Shown here piece after piece: positions 1 through 13,300 of a stretch of 53,674 nt of DNA (position 1 is the stretch's first letter; each line of letters opens with the position of its first letter). The DNA is from Octopus bimaculoides (taxonomy: Eukaryota), in assembly GCF_001194135.2 (NCBI RefSeq), contig NC_068984.1, positions 53,600,767-53,654,440 of the forward strand, given 5' to 3'. The notes under the pieces are model-generated. The model was not told the origin of the DNA. It worked only from the letters and a program-made list of their open reading frames with translations, and searched no databases. The translations under genes and the position numbers were made by a program.

Positions 1-1043
1 TATATATATATAGCAGTTTATATATTTGTGATTCTTGGTGTATCGAAGCTGCAACATGTGAGAATGTGCAAATGTGAATAAAAGACTTGATATATCTTGA
101 ATATCTGCAAAGAACTGAATGGCAGGTGACAGCGAGATTTAGCTTTACACGGCAGACAGTAAATCACCAATAATATTTCCTGCGTAAATGATGTCAATGT
201 TGTTTATAATCTCCAGCTGTTATGCTAATGTCCCAAAATGCCAAAGAATAAATTATTGTCCATTGGTGAAATTTACACTGTGACATGAATAAAAAGAAAG
301 TGTGTGTGTGTGTATGTGTGTGTGTAGGGGTGGGGGTAGAATTCCACCATCTAGTTGTCTAAGGAATGTAAGTTTGATCGAGTTATATGAAATTGGAAGC
401 TATCTGCTGCAGTATTTATCAAATTTGAGCATTTTCTCAGACAATAAATTCTCTTCGCAGAAGACCGTCCATGTATCCAGCCAGCCGCCCGAACATACAT
501 ATTTTCATGAATAAATAAATAAATATTATAATTTCTCACGCAATTATATAGTAAAGGTAATACTCGGAGTAGCGACAAAGGGTTAAGCGCAACTACCAGT
601 TTAAACATATTGCGCATCTTATCTTCATATCTTCCTCTGCTTTTAGACTTCCAATAAATCTGCATATCTTCATCTCTGTTCATCCCTCTAAATCTGCCTG
701 TCCTCAAATATATTCATTTATCCACTGGGATTTTACCCATTATTCTTCCGAAGATGGAATAGGTTGACGCAAAATGTTAATGCAGGTAACACAGAGAGAA
801 CTGCACCAATTACACAGACAGGTGTAAATGATTTTCTCCCATCTCTAAAATTGTTTTTTCCTGTAAGGTCATTCATCTACCTACCAAGCTGTCATATCAA
901 CACTATAGGCATTTTTTCTACCTCCTCCGGATATCTACTTGCTTACATCGTAACTATCAAGAAATATCCAGTCAACACTTTTCCCGACCTCCTGCTATAT
1001 ATACACTTTCACGTATTCTATTTTGTCCTATATGTTGTATTGT

Positions 1044-1116
1044 GGAGGCGCAATGGCCCAGTGGTTAGGGCAGCTGGAAACCTCGACGTCATAAGCGACG
1101 GAGTGCCAACAACAAC
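1044..1116 (+). mobile_element. Internally deleted SINE, family A (tRNA-like head fused directly to 3' tail)
   Basis: GGAGGCGCAATGGCCCAGTGGTTAGGGCAGC head and TGGAA..CTCGACGTC.TAAGCGACGGAGTGCCAACAAC tail both match the full copy at 14718-15096. Confidence 0.85.
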
Positions 1117-1322
1117 ATGTAGTATTAACATAAATATACTGTAATTTGACTTGATACTTGTTGTTTGCCTCTTTGTACTTTTGCTTTGTTACCAGCTCTA
1201 TCTGTACATTGTCTATAGCTAATTTTCGGTTAATGCTTAGATCTTGACCTGGAAATGAAAATCCCCACACCCAAAGAAAAATACTGGAATGGGTATAAAA
1301 CAATGTGCAGAAAACAAATATG

Positions 1323-2160
1323 AAAATTCACAAGATCCGAGTTTTTCTCTTATAACTTTTAGGAAAATGTTTTTTTCAATGAACTTTTAAAGAAATACCA
1401 TTCAAACGGCATATATTACAATTATAAAGAAATTTGTGGGGAAAATCTTTTCCAAGGGGTGAGGAGAGGACTTCGGAAAATTCACAAGATCCAAGTTTTT
1501 CCTCTATGACTGTATATATGTATATGTGTGTGTGTGTATATATATGTGTATATATATATATGTGTGTGTGTGTGTGTATATATGTGTATGTATATAAATA
1601 TGTGTATATATGTGTGTGTATATGTGTGTATACATATGCCTATATATATTATATATGTATGTATATAATATATGTATATATATGTTATATGTATGTATAT
1701 AATATATGTATATACATAATATATATATATCATTATATATATATATATATATATNNNNNNNNNNNNNNNNNNNNNNNNNNNNNNNNNNNNNNNNNNNNNN
1801 NNNNNNNNNNNNNNNNNNNNNNNNNNNNNNNNNNNNNNNNNNNNNNNNNNNNNNNNNNNNNNNNNNNNNNNNNNNNNNNNNNNNNNNNNNNNNNNNNNNN
1901 NNNNNNNNNNNTAAGGAGTGAATGAGAATAACGTCGAAGGGTTAAAAAAGCGTAAAAATAATTGAAAATGAAACAGAATTGAAGCCAAAACATTAAAAAT
2001 TATTGAAAGAGGGTCGAAATAAACATTACGTAGTGTAGTAGTAGTACTACGCTAGGGTATCTGTAGAAAGTTGAATGTGATTTCGAAATATAACGAGGAA
2101 AAATTCGGATCTTGGGAATTTTCCGAAAGTCCTCTCTCCACATCAAGATTTTCCGAAACT
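1323..2160. repeat. Dispersed repeat unit in direct (1323-1355, 1463-1504) and inverted (2093-2140) copies around a TA/TG microsatellite and gap
   Basis: GAGAGGACTTCGGAAAATTCACAAGATCCAAGTTTTTCCTC at 1463-1504 matches the reverse complement of 2093-2140. Confidence 0.7.
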
Positions 2161-2264
2161 ATCACTTCCCAGCATTTACAGCTCGAGTTTAGGTACAAAT
2201 TCGACCCGAGCACTAACCGTATATACCTATAATCTTACGTCACTCAACATCGTGTTACTCACAG

Positions 2265-2734
2265 TATGTATGTGTGTGGTGTGTATGTGTGTGGTGTGTA
2301 TGTGTGTGGTGTGTATGTGTGTGGTGTGTATGTGTGTGGTGTGTATGTGTGTGGTGTGTATGTGTGTGGTGTGTATGTGTGTGGTGTGTATGTGNNNNNN
2401 NNNNNNNNNNNNNNNNNNNNNNNNNNNNNNNNNNNNNNNNNNNNNNNNNNNNNNNNNNNNNNNNNNNNNNNNNNNNNNNNNNNNNNNNNNNNNNNNNNNN
2501 NNNNNNNNNNNNNNNNNNNNNNNNNNNNNNNNNNNNNNNNNNNNNNNNNNNNNNNNNNNNNNNNNNNNNNNNNNNNNNNNNNNNNNTGTGTGTATGTGTG
2601 GTGTGTGTGTGGTGTGTATGTGTGTGGTGTGTATGTGTGGTGTGTATGTGTCTGGTGTGTATGTGTTTGGTGTGTATGTGTTTGGTGTGTATGTGTGTGG
2701 TGTGTATGTGTGCATGTACGTATCTGTGTGTGCG

Positions 2735-2769
<35 letters not shown>

Positions 2770-2770
2770 A
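2265..2770. repeat. 15-bp minisatellite (GTGTATGTGTGTGGT)n grading into (GT)n, interrupted by a gap
   Basis: Unit visible directly; gives 5-aa periodic pseudo-ORFs in all frames. Confidence 0.95.
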
Positions 2771-3046
2771 CACGCGCGCGCGTAACAGTTATTATGCCCC
2801 GGCGCGTGATAAGCCAGTCGAATGTCATTCCACAAGCTCCCGGTGAAGCAAATGTCTGAGAGAAGCGAATTCCGAAATAACACGCTTCTCATTGAGAAAC
2901 CGGAAGTCTTACTCTGACTTCTTTCTGGACAACTTGGCTTTGCAAAATAGAGTCTTTGCTGTGTGCTGTGTTCTTGAGCAAGATACTTTATTTCACGTTG
3001 CTCCAGTTCACGCACACATGTAAATATATATGTACATATGTATGTT

Positions 3047-3093
<47 letters not shown>

Positions 3094-3956
3094 NNNNNNN
3101 NNNNNNNNNNNNNNNNNNNNNNNNNNNNNNNNNNNNNNNNNNNNNNNNNNNNNNNNNNNNNNNNNNNNNNNNNNNNNNNNNNNNNNNNNNNNNNNNNNNN
3201 NNNNNNNNNNNNNNNNNNNNNNNNNNNNNNNNNNNNNNNNNNNNNNNNNNNNNNNNNNNNNNNNNNNNNNNNNNNNNNNNNNNNNNNNNNNNNNNNNNNN
3301 NNNNNNNNNNNNNNNNNNNNNNNNNNNNNNNNNNNNNNNNNNNNNNNNNNNNNNNNNNNNNNNNNNNNNNNNNNNNNNNNNNNNNNNNNNNNNNNNNNNN
3401 NNNNNNNNNNNNNNNNNNNNNNNNNNNNNNNNNNNNNNNNNNNNNNNNNNNNNNNNNNNNNNNNNNNNNNNNNNNNNNNNNNNNNNNNNNNNNNNNNNNN
3501 NNNNNNNNNNNNNNNNNNNNNNNNNNNNNNNNNNNNNNNNNNNNNNNNNNNNNNNNNNNNNNNNNNNNNNNNNNNNNNNNNNNNNNNNNNNNNNNNNNNN
3601 NNNNNNNNNNNNNNNNNNNNNNNNNNNNNNNNNNNNNNNNNNNNNNNNNNNNNNNNNNNNNNNNNNNNNNNNNNNNNNNNNNNNNNNNNNNNNNNNNNNN
3701 NNNNNNNNNNNNNNNNNNNNNNNNNNNNNNNNNNNNNNNNNNNNNNNNNNNNNNNNNNNNNNNNNNNNNNNNNNNNNNNNNNNNNNNNNNNNNNNNNNNN
3801 NNNNNNNNNNNNNNNNNNNNNNNNNNNNNNNNNNNNNNNNNNNNNNNNNNNNNNNNNNNNNNNNNNNNNNNNNNNNNNNNNNNNNNNNNNNNNNNNNNNN
3901 NNNNNNNNNNNNNNNNNNNNNNNNNNNNNNNNNNNNNNNNNNNNNNNNNNNNNNNN

Positions 3957-4004
<48 letters not shown>

Positions 4005-4104
4005 CTGGATTCATAGTTGTATTTAAACTGCATTAAAGTTCAGTTGATTACATATAGTCTACACTTATTCATTCATACAAGCATGTATACTTAAATACAT
4101 ACCA

Positions 4105-4835
4105 AAAATGTCATTGCGTTATTATCTACTGAGGAGACATGATGTTGTAGGTAAGACATTGTATAATGAGATCCGTGGGAAGGATAATCCAGAGGCCAAA
4201 GAGATAAGAACCCACATAGTCACTCTTAATATGAAAGAGTGTTGAAGTTTCCTGGTGAAAACCTCAATAAAATGTAAACATAATAAACCAGACATAGTGA
4301 TTAGGGACAGAGTAGAGAAACTATGTACCGTAGGTGAGAACAGATACTCAGCGGATGCCAACATAAAGCTAAAATTCAATGAAAAAGAAAGCACCTACAC
4401 TGAACTATTGAGAAATTTGCAGTTATTCTACTCGTATTACAGGTTCAGGTTTAGTCTGTAAATATATGGGCAGTGGGATATATAACAAACTGTCTAAGCA
4501 TCAATCTGGAAAAATAGGCTTCTCAAAACCAGAAAGGAAAAAGCTAATTAGAAGATTACAGATTCAAGCCATCAATAGAATTAAAAATTTGTAAAACTTT
4601 CCAGAAGTTTACTATTTTAGTATATATGCGCATGTCTAGACATGCAACTATATGCATGAGAAAATATACTTAAAACAAAACATACAAATCTACAGATGCA
4701 CTGGCTCCAAATACTGCACGCATTCACACAAACATGCAAAAATACTCTGTTGGTGTTGTTGAAACTCCAATTAAGGAGCCTCGGATCAAGGTTAGAAACC
4801 GGCTCTGTCTCTATTGGCAAGACATTGAAATAAAA
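4105..4835 (+). mobile_element. 5'-truncated RLE non-LTR retrotransposon (family 2): RLE domain plus 3' UTR
   Basis: Degenerate KCKHNKPDIVIRDR...ADANIKLKFNEKESTYTELLRNLQLFY; homologous to 33300-33790; shared 3' motif GGAGCC...GTTAGAAACCGGCTC. Confidence 0.85.
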
Positions 4836-5789
4836 CTGAATAACAGTATACATACATACATAAATATATACATACATGATACATGCATACATACATGTAT
4901 GTATGTATGTATGCATCTATATAAATATTTCTTATATATACACTTGGAGACAAGAAACAAACGAGTACACCGATCTTCTTGTAATATCGAATATGTTCCT
5001 AAATCTAAATGAACACTGTACACTTTAACGTGATTACGGTCTATACGTATAAAATTAATTGGAACCATTTCATATATGTATATATTTCATGTGACGTTAA
5101 GAAGAGGTACACAGTACCATAATGTTTTACTCGAGTCAAACATGACAATCTACTCCAAATCGTTGTTAGAGTACCCACATAAGTCTGAATCGGAGAAAGA
5201 GTAAGAGAGGATGTGATAAATATATACAGAGAGGAGGAAGTTTGCAGTGAGTCGCATAAGTTTTAATAATGAAATCAAACCGAATATGGATATTTTAAAA
5301 TTATTTAATACGTACGTTAAAGGTCTACGTAGTATATAATGGAAATGCATCCATTATGTTAGACCTTCCTCAGTCAAGACATTTCAAAATATGAAGCAGT
5401 TGATGGAAATATTTCAGTATATATGGTTAGAGCAATTAGTCAGTTACTAAGTTAGGCGGATGAATATGTATATAGAGGGTGATGGGATAAAGAAGGAAGA
5501 TGAGAGAGAGAAGAGAGAGAGTGGGAGAGGTAGGAAAAGAGAAAAAGAAGAGAATGATATGTAAAATAATATAGTGGGGAAGGGAAAGAAAGATGTACGA
5601 GTGAATAGTAGTGAAAGAAAATGAGATGGTTATAACTATGTTTGCATACAAAATCTGAGGAAAAGGACAAAGAGTAACGAATTGAGAAGGTCAAGAATTT
5701 AGGGAAGAGGGTGGGGAGGAAATGAACCAAATGTCAGGATGTGGTTAAAAGTTTTTAAAAGTTTTAGTAGTGAATGAAATTGGTAGTAT

Positions 5790-6365
5790 ATGGCCTTAAT
5801 AATATATGCTCTGATGCAGTACCAAGCAGCAAATCTCATGGCTTCTGATCTTAACAGACTGGAAGTGTTATCATTTACATGTTTTGTCTTGGCATAAGAG
5901 ATAGGCTACAGCAAATATTCTGCTCAATACTATAGATTTGTTTGCCAGTTGTTTGACCGTAACCAGTTGAGTATGTCCCTTAGTGGCTCACGATATGTAC
6001 ATCTCTGATCACGAGCAGGATATTGGGAGGGCATCATAAATATGTGTTGAGAGGAATTCTTTGGGGTTTGAATAATTCACATCTGGAAAAATGGGTGTTT
6101 CGTGAATCATCTTTAAATAATCCTTTTTCAGGGACATTTTGAGAGGAATGGGCTACTCGATCTGAAGAAAATTCTAACTGGATCCCACCTGCAAAGTCAT
6201 GCGCTGTTCATCTTGATATGAGATCGCCAAGTCACGCACATAAGGTTATAATGCATGTATCTGGTGTACTCATATCAGACGGATAGTCATGCTGGGTATA
6301 TTGGGCTTCGTCTATTTATACCCCAGTGTCACTTTGATAGCATGAGCTACTCTCTCACTCAATAA
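5790..6365 (+). mobile_element. Interspersed repeat ending in an (AAT)n tail, probably a retroelement 3' region (unassigned)
   Basis: Higher-GC block ending ...CTCTCTCACTCAATAATAATA; no protein motif recognised. Confidence 0.45.
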
Positions 6366-6840
6366 TAATAATCCTTTCTATTATAGGCATAAGACCTGAA
6401 AATTTTGGGGAGGGGACTAGTCGGTTACATCGACCCCAGTATGTAGCTGGTACTTATTTGACCGACCCCGAAAGGATGAAAGGCAAAGTCAACCTCGACG
6501 GAATTTGAACTCAGAACATTAAGACGGGCGAAATGCCACAAAGCATTTCGCCCGGCGTGCTAACGATTCTGCTAGCTCGCTATAATAATAATACTCAATA
6601 ATAATAGTAATGATGATAATAATAATCCCTTCTTCTAAAGGCACAAGGCCTGGAATTTTGGAGGGAGGGGTCTTGTTGATTACATCGACCCCAGTGTTTC
6701 ATTGGCACTTAATTTATCGACTCCGAAAGGGTGAAAAGTAAAGCCGACCTCGGTGGAATTTAAACTCAGAACGTAGTGGCAGACGAAATACCACTAAGCA
6801 TTTCGTCCGGCGTGCTAACGATTCTGCCAGCTCGCCGCCT
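6366..6840 (-). mobile_element. Two tandem SINE family C copies separated by (AAT)n
   Basis: 6366-6582 and about 6620-6840 are mutually similar; tRNA-like head (GGCGAGCTGGCAGAATCGTTAGC...GAGTTCAAATTCC on the minus strand). Confidence 0.85.
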
Positions 6841-7134
6841 TAATGATAATAATAATAATNNNNNNNNNNNNNNNNNNNNNNNNNNNNNNNNNNNNNNNNN
6901 NNNNNNNNNNNNNNNNNNNNNNNNNNNNNNNNNNNNNNNNNNNNNNNNNNNNNNNNNNNNNNNNNNNNNNNNNNNNNNNNNNNNNNNNNNNNNNNNNNNN
7001 NNNNNNNNNNNNNNNNNNNNNNNNNNNNNNNNNNNNNNNNNNNNNNNNNNNNNNNNNNNNNNNNNNNNNNNNNNNNNNNNNNNNNNNNNNNNNNNNNNNN
7101 NNNNNNNNNNNNNNNNNNNNNNNNNNNNNNNNNN

Positions 7135-7322
7135 CACCAGGACTTACAAATATATATAACATACAGAAAATTGCACTACTGGGTACTGCACACATTCTAC
7201 GCAAAACACTTTCAATACAGTAATCATAAGAGCACCACAGCAAACCACAGCACATACCCAAGGCGCACAGAGCTGCGCTCGGTAGTGAACTGAAAGCACG
7301 TTATAAAAATAAAACTACTGAA

Positions 7323-7370
<48 letters not shown>
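7135..7370 (+). mobile_element. 3' end of an R4/Dong-like RLE retrotransposon (family 1) with (AAT)n tail
   Basis: PGLTNIYNIQKIALLGTAHILRKTLSIQ* then a 3' UTR shared with 23840-23945 and 24887-24977. Confidence 0.85.
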
Positions 7371-7375
<5 letters not shown>

Positions 7376-7639
7376 CAGTAATGGTTTCAAATTTTGCCAC
7401 AAGGGCAGAAATTTTGGAGGAGGGGACTAGTCGATTACATCGACCCCAGTGTGCAACTCTCTCTCTCTCTCTCTGCATATACATATATATATATGTGTGT
7501 GTGTGTGTGTGTACTGATTGCTTTCCTCGATGGCCTGAAACTATTCCTGTTCTGGACAATTTCAGCTAGAACGGTAGCGAAAGCATTCATTTTTATTTAT
7601 TTATTTGTTTATTTATTATCACTTTTTTAAAAACTCTTA

Positions 7640-8285
7640 CCTCAATAACTGCCGATAGAGTAGTTATTAAGGTAGGAACAAGATACCATCGCTTTGAGTG
7701 TACTCTTTTCACAGAGCGTCTAACCAGTAAGAAATTCTACATCTATTGGGTATGAAAACCCGCGTTTGACAGTCTATCATCCAGTCTCGAACGGAATGAT
7801 AGAAGGTTTCCATTGTCATTAAAAAAAAAACAGCATTTAAATCGCACGGTGACACAGACAGATTGCTGGAATATCTGCCGATAATATTACTTGGCATAAA
7901 GCCATCGGCATAAGCCGAGCTTGATTTTACTCCAGCAGAATTAATATATGGCAGCAGACTGACTCTACCTGGACAGATGGTATTTGAAGATTCCAGTACA
8001 GTTTATTGTCTGTCCAATTATGTACATAGGCTACGATAATATATGTCTGATTTGCCAAAAACGTTAACAAGACAAGAAACAGTTAAAACATATGTTTCTA
8101 TTGACATTAGTTCTTAGTCTCATGCTTTCATTCGAAACGATGCAATACAGAAACGTTTGCACATCCGTCATAACGGGCCTTATCGTATTTTGTGTGCTAA
8201 TCGGAAATATTTTGTGATTGGTATGCATAGCAAACAAGAAACAGTCAGTGTGGACTTATTAAGAAAAGGCTTACATCGACTCGGA
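7640..8285 (+). mobile_element. Gypsy LTR-retrotransposon integrase fragment (core end plus GPY/F region), disrupted
   Basis: TVYHPVSNGMIEGFH...LPIILLGIK...FTPAELIYGSRLTLPGQ...HAFIRND...HNGPYRIL...QETVSVDLL; contains stops and frameshifts. Confidence 0.85.
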
Positions 8286-9029
8286 TGCTTCACTCGCTAA
8301 CCAACCTCTTGCTACTTTACAAAACCAGTCGAAGATTCACAAAAGCCTGTGAAAAGCCGAAGGCGGTTGAAGAGCGCATTGGCTTGCCAGATATGAACAA
8401 ATATGTTGAATATAATTGTTTATTTAAACGCCGTATGTAAATAAACAGGTTTGTTTTTCGAAGCGCTGAAATGTATGGTAGAACAAGTAGAAAGATAAAT
8501 TTTATTAAACGCATAGACGCACTCACATGCAGACTAAAAAAATGCAAGCATTCATAATTCATACATGCATCTCTTATTTTTGGATTCACAACAGTCGGTA
8601 AAGATTAGAAATAATATTCATTACTGAACATTACTTTGTTATACATTTTTGTATAGTATTACTTTTGTAATTTTAATAACTATTCTAAATAACAATAATT
8701 TTCTAAAGATCCTAAACTTTACGAACTGAACTTAACAAAACAATATCCTTTTTCTCTCCTGCTAATAGAAATTTGCATATTTAATCCATATTACAAGTTT
8801 ATTTTTATTGTTATTGCATTCACTGAAACATCAACTTACACTTGCTCCAAGTCTTTTGATTTCGTTCATTTGTCTTACGACAAACGCACTGTATGGTCAT
8901 TTCTGTAACAGATAGCCGTCCCATAATTCGAACTGGAAACGTCCTAGTTTGGAAGTGAAAACTGCTGGCGAATAATATTATTATATCCATTAATGTTGAC
9001 CAGAGGAACAATCGTCTGCGATTATTAAT

Positions 9030-9330
9030 ACTCTCTTTGGTAATATTGGTTCCAAATTTTCACACAAGGCTAGCAATTTTGGAGTGGGGTGTAAGTTTGT
9101 TATATCATCCCCAGTGCTCAATTTGTTGTTGGCACTCCGTCGCTTACGACGTCGCGGGTTCCAGTCGATCCGATCAAATTTTGGCACAAGGCAAGCGGTT
9201 TTGAGGAAGGTTTAAGTCGATTACATCGACCTCAGTGCTCAGCTGGTACCCATTTTATCAACCTCGGAGGGGTGTAAGCAAAGTCGAGCTCGGTGGAATT
9301 TGAACTCAAAATGTAGAGGCGAACGAAACG
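9030..9330 (-). mobile_element. Composite SINE relic: family C pieces with a family A tail (9120-9180)
   Basis: GTCGATTACATCGACCTCAG...GGAATTTGAACTCA plus GGCACTCCGTCGCTTACGACGTCG. Confidence 0.7.
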
Positions 9331-9820
9331 GTAATAATTTTCCTTCTCCAACTTTCTCTCTTTCTCTCTAAAAGATCATTCTTGTAACCGGAGGCTCTGT
9401 CTTACATTTAAATGAAATCATTCCGCTATCATATTTCGCAATTTCATTATTTCTTAATTAACACACATAACTTGAATACGCCAAATTGTGTATTATGTAT
9501 TTGAAAATGCTTAGTGTTATTAATAAACAATTAATAATCATAGCACAATTACACACATGTGCGTGGGTGTGTTTATGTATGTGTACGTGTATGTTTGTGT
9601 ACGCGTGTGTGTGTGTGTATGTGTGCGTGCGCGCTGTAAAGTTTGAGTTGACTCTGCTCTCAGTATTGTGTTACTCCCACCTATATATGTTCCATTGTTA
9701 TTCTTAAACTAACCTTAAAACAATAACCGTAATTTAGCCTTTACACACGCACACACGTGCGCGTGCACACGTAGAAACACGCATACAAGCTGCTTCTCCC
9801 TCTATCTACCTACATCTGTG

Positions 9821-9851
<31 letters not shown>

Positions 9852-10079
9852 GCCTATCTATAAACATTTACACACACACACACACACACACACAGAGTTT
9901 GTTTGTATGTGTGTGTGTGCATGCGCGCTCGCATACTAGTCCCTGTGAGCACTAGAAAATTAATTCTAACGTCAATTTCTCAATCCTCTCTTCTGTGGTT
10001 AAATTTATAAGACAATGAATACTATTTCAGTTTCTTTTATACAAAATATACTCAGATAATGAAACAATGATGGTTACTC

Positions 10080-10310
10080 TACCTGGTTGTTCGACCCACA
10101 AGAAATAGCAACCAAATTTTACTCAAAGAATACTCCATTATCTTAAAATAAACAACATTGAATAGCATAGTATGACAATCAACTGTTTGGGAAGACGGTG
10201 ATGGTTACAGTTAGATATCATTTGATCTTAGGTTTGCTTGATCAGGCTGTGTTAGGTGAAAATAACAATATCATCGAGGGCGACAGTAACAGTAACAACA
10301 GCAACAAAAG
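10080..10310 (+). mobile_element. SINE-like family D fragment with (AAC)-rich tail
   Basis: GAAATAGCAACCAAAT...TTTGATCTTAGGTTTGCTTGATCAGG; similar to 15150-15330, 19150-19490 and 30575-30820. Confidence 0.6.
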
Positions 10311-13300
10311 ACAATATCAGTAACATTTCTAGATAATTAATTGGTGAAGCTTTATACAAGTGACAGCTTCGATGACAACCTGCATCGTAGATCTGGAAAT
10401 GATTTTCATTGGATCTTACAAATAACTCCTAATGAATTGAAGTGCTGCATTGTCAGATAAGCTGTTGATATATACTCCGAACGCCATTGTATTTAAACTA
10501 ATCTCCGGGGAAATGTAGATTGCTGTTGAATCTATTTCAACTTCCCATGACGATTAAAAAACAATACTGTATCAGTATTATTGTTTCACACTGTTTTATT
10601 AATCTAAAACTTTACAAAATTCCAATGCTACAGGGGATATTGTAATTAGGCTTCTCTTCATCTTAAACTGTTATTTATTACTGTTGACAGAAAGGAAAAA
10701 AAAAGCCGCTGCAAAGAATTATGTCCCTAGTTCCTTTGTGAATGCCTAAGATCAGGAAACTCTTTTCAATAAAATTGCGGAAAGTACTTAAAAATTCCGG
10801 AACGAATATAAATGTCATAAAACTTTTTAATATTTCCCCATTTCGTATTTGGTTCTGATAATGTTGGCACATTAATTACTGTTAAAGGTCAATAATATAT
10901 GCCAGTAAATAGAATATACTGACTTAAAATATAAGTTTTTATCATGAAATAACATAAGTTTGATTTAGTATCGAGGGGAAGAATAATGAATTCTGACGGA
11001 ATGTTTAACTTCTGGACACAGAATTTGCATGTGTTTTATATATTTAGCTGTTAAGTCATTTTCTGTGCCTAATCATTTATTCATTAAACACGTCATGATC
11101 TTCTGATCGATAAAATGCCATTATCAATCAAATAGTAGATAATAATCTTTAATCAAATTCTTAGAATTCCGTCTAAATGTTTAACTTTTATCAAGTATTA
11201 TACTTAACACTTCCTCTTTATTCTCCGTGAACCATTTCGCCCCACCCCATTCCATGTTGTTTTCGGACCTATCATATTTAAGGTTACTTTATTTGGTATA
11301 TTTATTCATTATTAAGACGATATGATGGAATTTGTAAAAGACTTGGATACAATTTTGGTAAACCGAGCGACCTCGAGAAGAAATTCCTGTACTTTTTTCT
11401 CGTCTAACTTCTTGCATCCGTTGTGGTCATTAACAGAATCTGAAAACGTACAGAAAAAAAACTGACTGTGGAGGATGTGTAACATATCTAGATTGTCAAA
11501 CTGCATCCTATGCACTTCATCATTGCATGTCGGACTATGCAGTATGGTTCTCAGTTGGGTGGTGGTATTGTACAACTAGAAAAAAACAAAACGAACAATT
11601 ATCTTTGGGCATGCCGCCCAGTCATTCGACCGACTGAGTATTCAGGATGCTCTATCAAGGTTACACAACAGCAACATCTTTGTATTTAATATTTTCTTAA
11701 AATCCTTAGAAGAATTGATTTTGTTTAATTTATTAAAATAAGAAATCTATTACTGAAGACCCATTTACAAGGTAAACGAAAATCGAGATACATGTAGTTT
11801 ATAAAATATATCTGATTGTTCTGAACATGCTTGCACTTTAGCTATATTTAGCAGTTTGTTCAAACACGTAAACACTGATCGCTTATGATATAGACCAGCC
11901 AAAATTAGATGCTATTATTTTGCATCTGCATTCTTCTCATTCATTTCAACAACCCCACCGAAGATATGGACGTTTTATTTTGACATGAAATTACGAAAAT
12001 TGGCTTTATCCGAGAAATATGCTGCAATATAGAATGAGGTGAATAGGAAACTCTTTTGTAACAAATAGCTTCCGGTGAAAAGCTTGTCTTAAGTTAATAA
12101 CACAGAAGCACAGTTATAAATTTACACCTGTTGTGAGTGAATATACAAAATGTTCACTTAAGTGAGAGAAAAAATGTTAACCTAATGTCACAGTTTAGTT
12201 TAACCTTCCTTTTTCGGGAGTCGATTATCATCTATATAGAAGGGGCGACAAGAAAACTCAAGGTTTGATGGATTCAATCAATCCAAATGATATAACTAGT
12301 TAACTTTTAAATAAATCAAGAGGAATGTAGAACATTGTACAGCAGAAGCAATTCATAGGCTGCTAAAATTCTCAGTTATTACAACTTCAATTTCCCTAAT
12401 GCTTCTAATACTCCATAAAAAAGATATAATGCTGCATAGTCTTGCTCCTTATACACAAAATACATTTGAGGATTTGTGTCAATGCTAAATTAATAATTAG
12501 GAAAGGTATACCCAGGCGTGTCATTAAAAGTCGGAAATAAGGGTTTATATTTTGGTTAAACATTCGAGTATTAATAAGATGCTTTATAAAATTTTTATAA
12601 AAATACTGCATTAATAAAAAAAAATGCTGCAGTGTTGTTGTTTAATCCTAAACCAGGTCTGCGAATGAAGAGAGCTGTAATTACGGCCATTTGTTCCCAT
12701 TTGTTTTACTTGTGCCCATTTGGTTTACTTGTCAGTAAGAGACTTTATTGTCTAATATTCCCATTTTTTAAGATTGTCAGAGTGTGGTTTTATATAAATC
12801 CTGCAACTTCACGTGATTACTGGTCATATCACTTCGATTTGTCACTAGCTATTGATCACAGAGGCTTAGCGGGTGGTACTCATGTTGTACAAGCGTTTAT
12901 ATCCACTGACGTACAGATGTATCTTCATCGATGACTTCATTTTTCATTTGTCATTTGTCATTCCATCTACAAGCCTAGCAAGCTAGAAGCGCTCAGTTAC
13001 AGAGCAGCAGGACTGACTAGTCATTTGAGAGATCATGGACAAAAGTCACAAATGCCATTGACAACCAAGAAGCACAAGGAGACAGCTTCACCACATAAGT
13101 TTATTTTCCTTCACCCAACGTGGATATTTAAGATGAGGAAATCTCTGACGTAATAACTGTGAATTCCTATGCATCCAATGACGTAGACCAGTTCTTTTCG
13201 ATCAAAAACATACGTTGTTTAGAGAGCGGGAGTGACCCAGTTTCAGGCACAGGTAGCGCTTGATTCATAACATCCCTATTAACATTTTGATTTTGTGTTG

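Noticed and set aside
351-707. ORF with RT-like words (VALNPLS, YMDG in another frame)
   Set aside because: Motif spacing and context do not fit; the LNPL codons coincide with the TTAACCCTT motif
570-1945. piggyBac-like ends (AAGGGTTAA at 578-586 and 1937-1945)
   Set aside because: No matching opposite end or transposase found; the motif is too short to call
2265-2712. CRISPR-like regular repeat
   Set aside because: Head-to-tail minisatellite without unique spacers, in a eukaryotic context
2760-2915. Possible promoter (CpG-rich stretch with CCGGAAGT ETS-like site at about 2899)
   Set aside because: Single short motif between a microsatellite and a SINE fragment; no supporting exon
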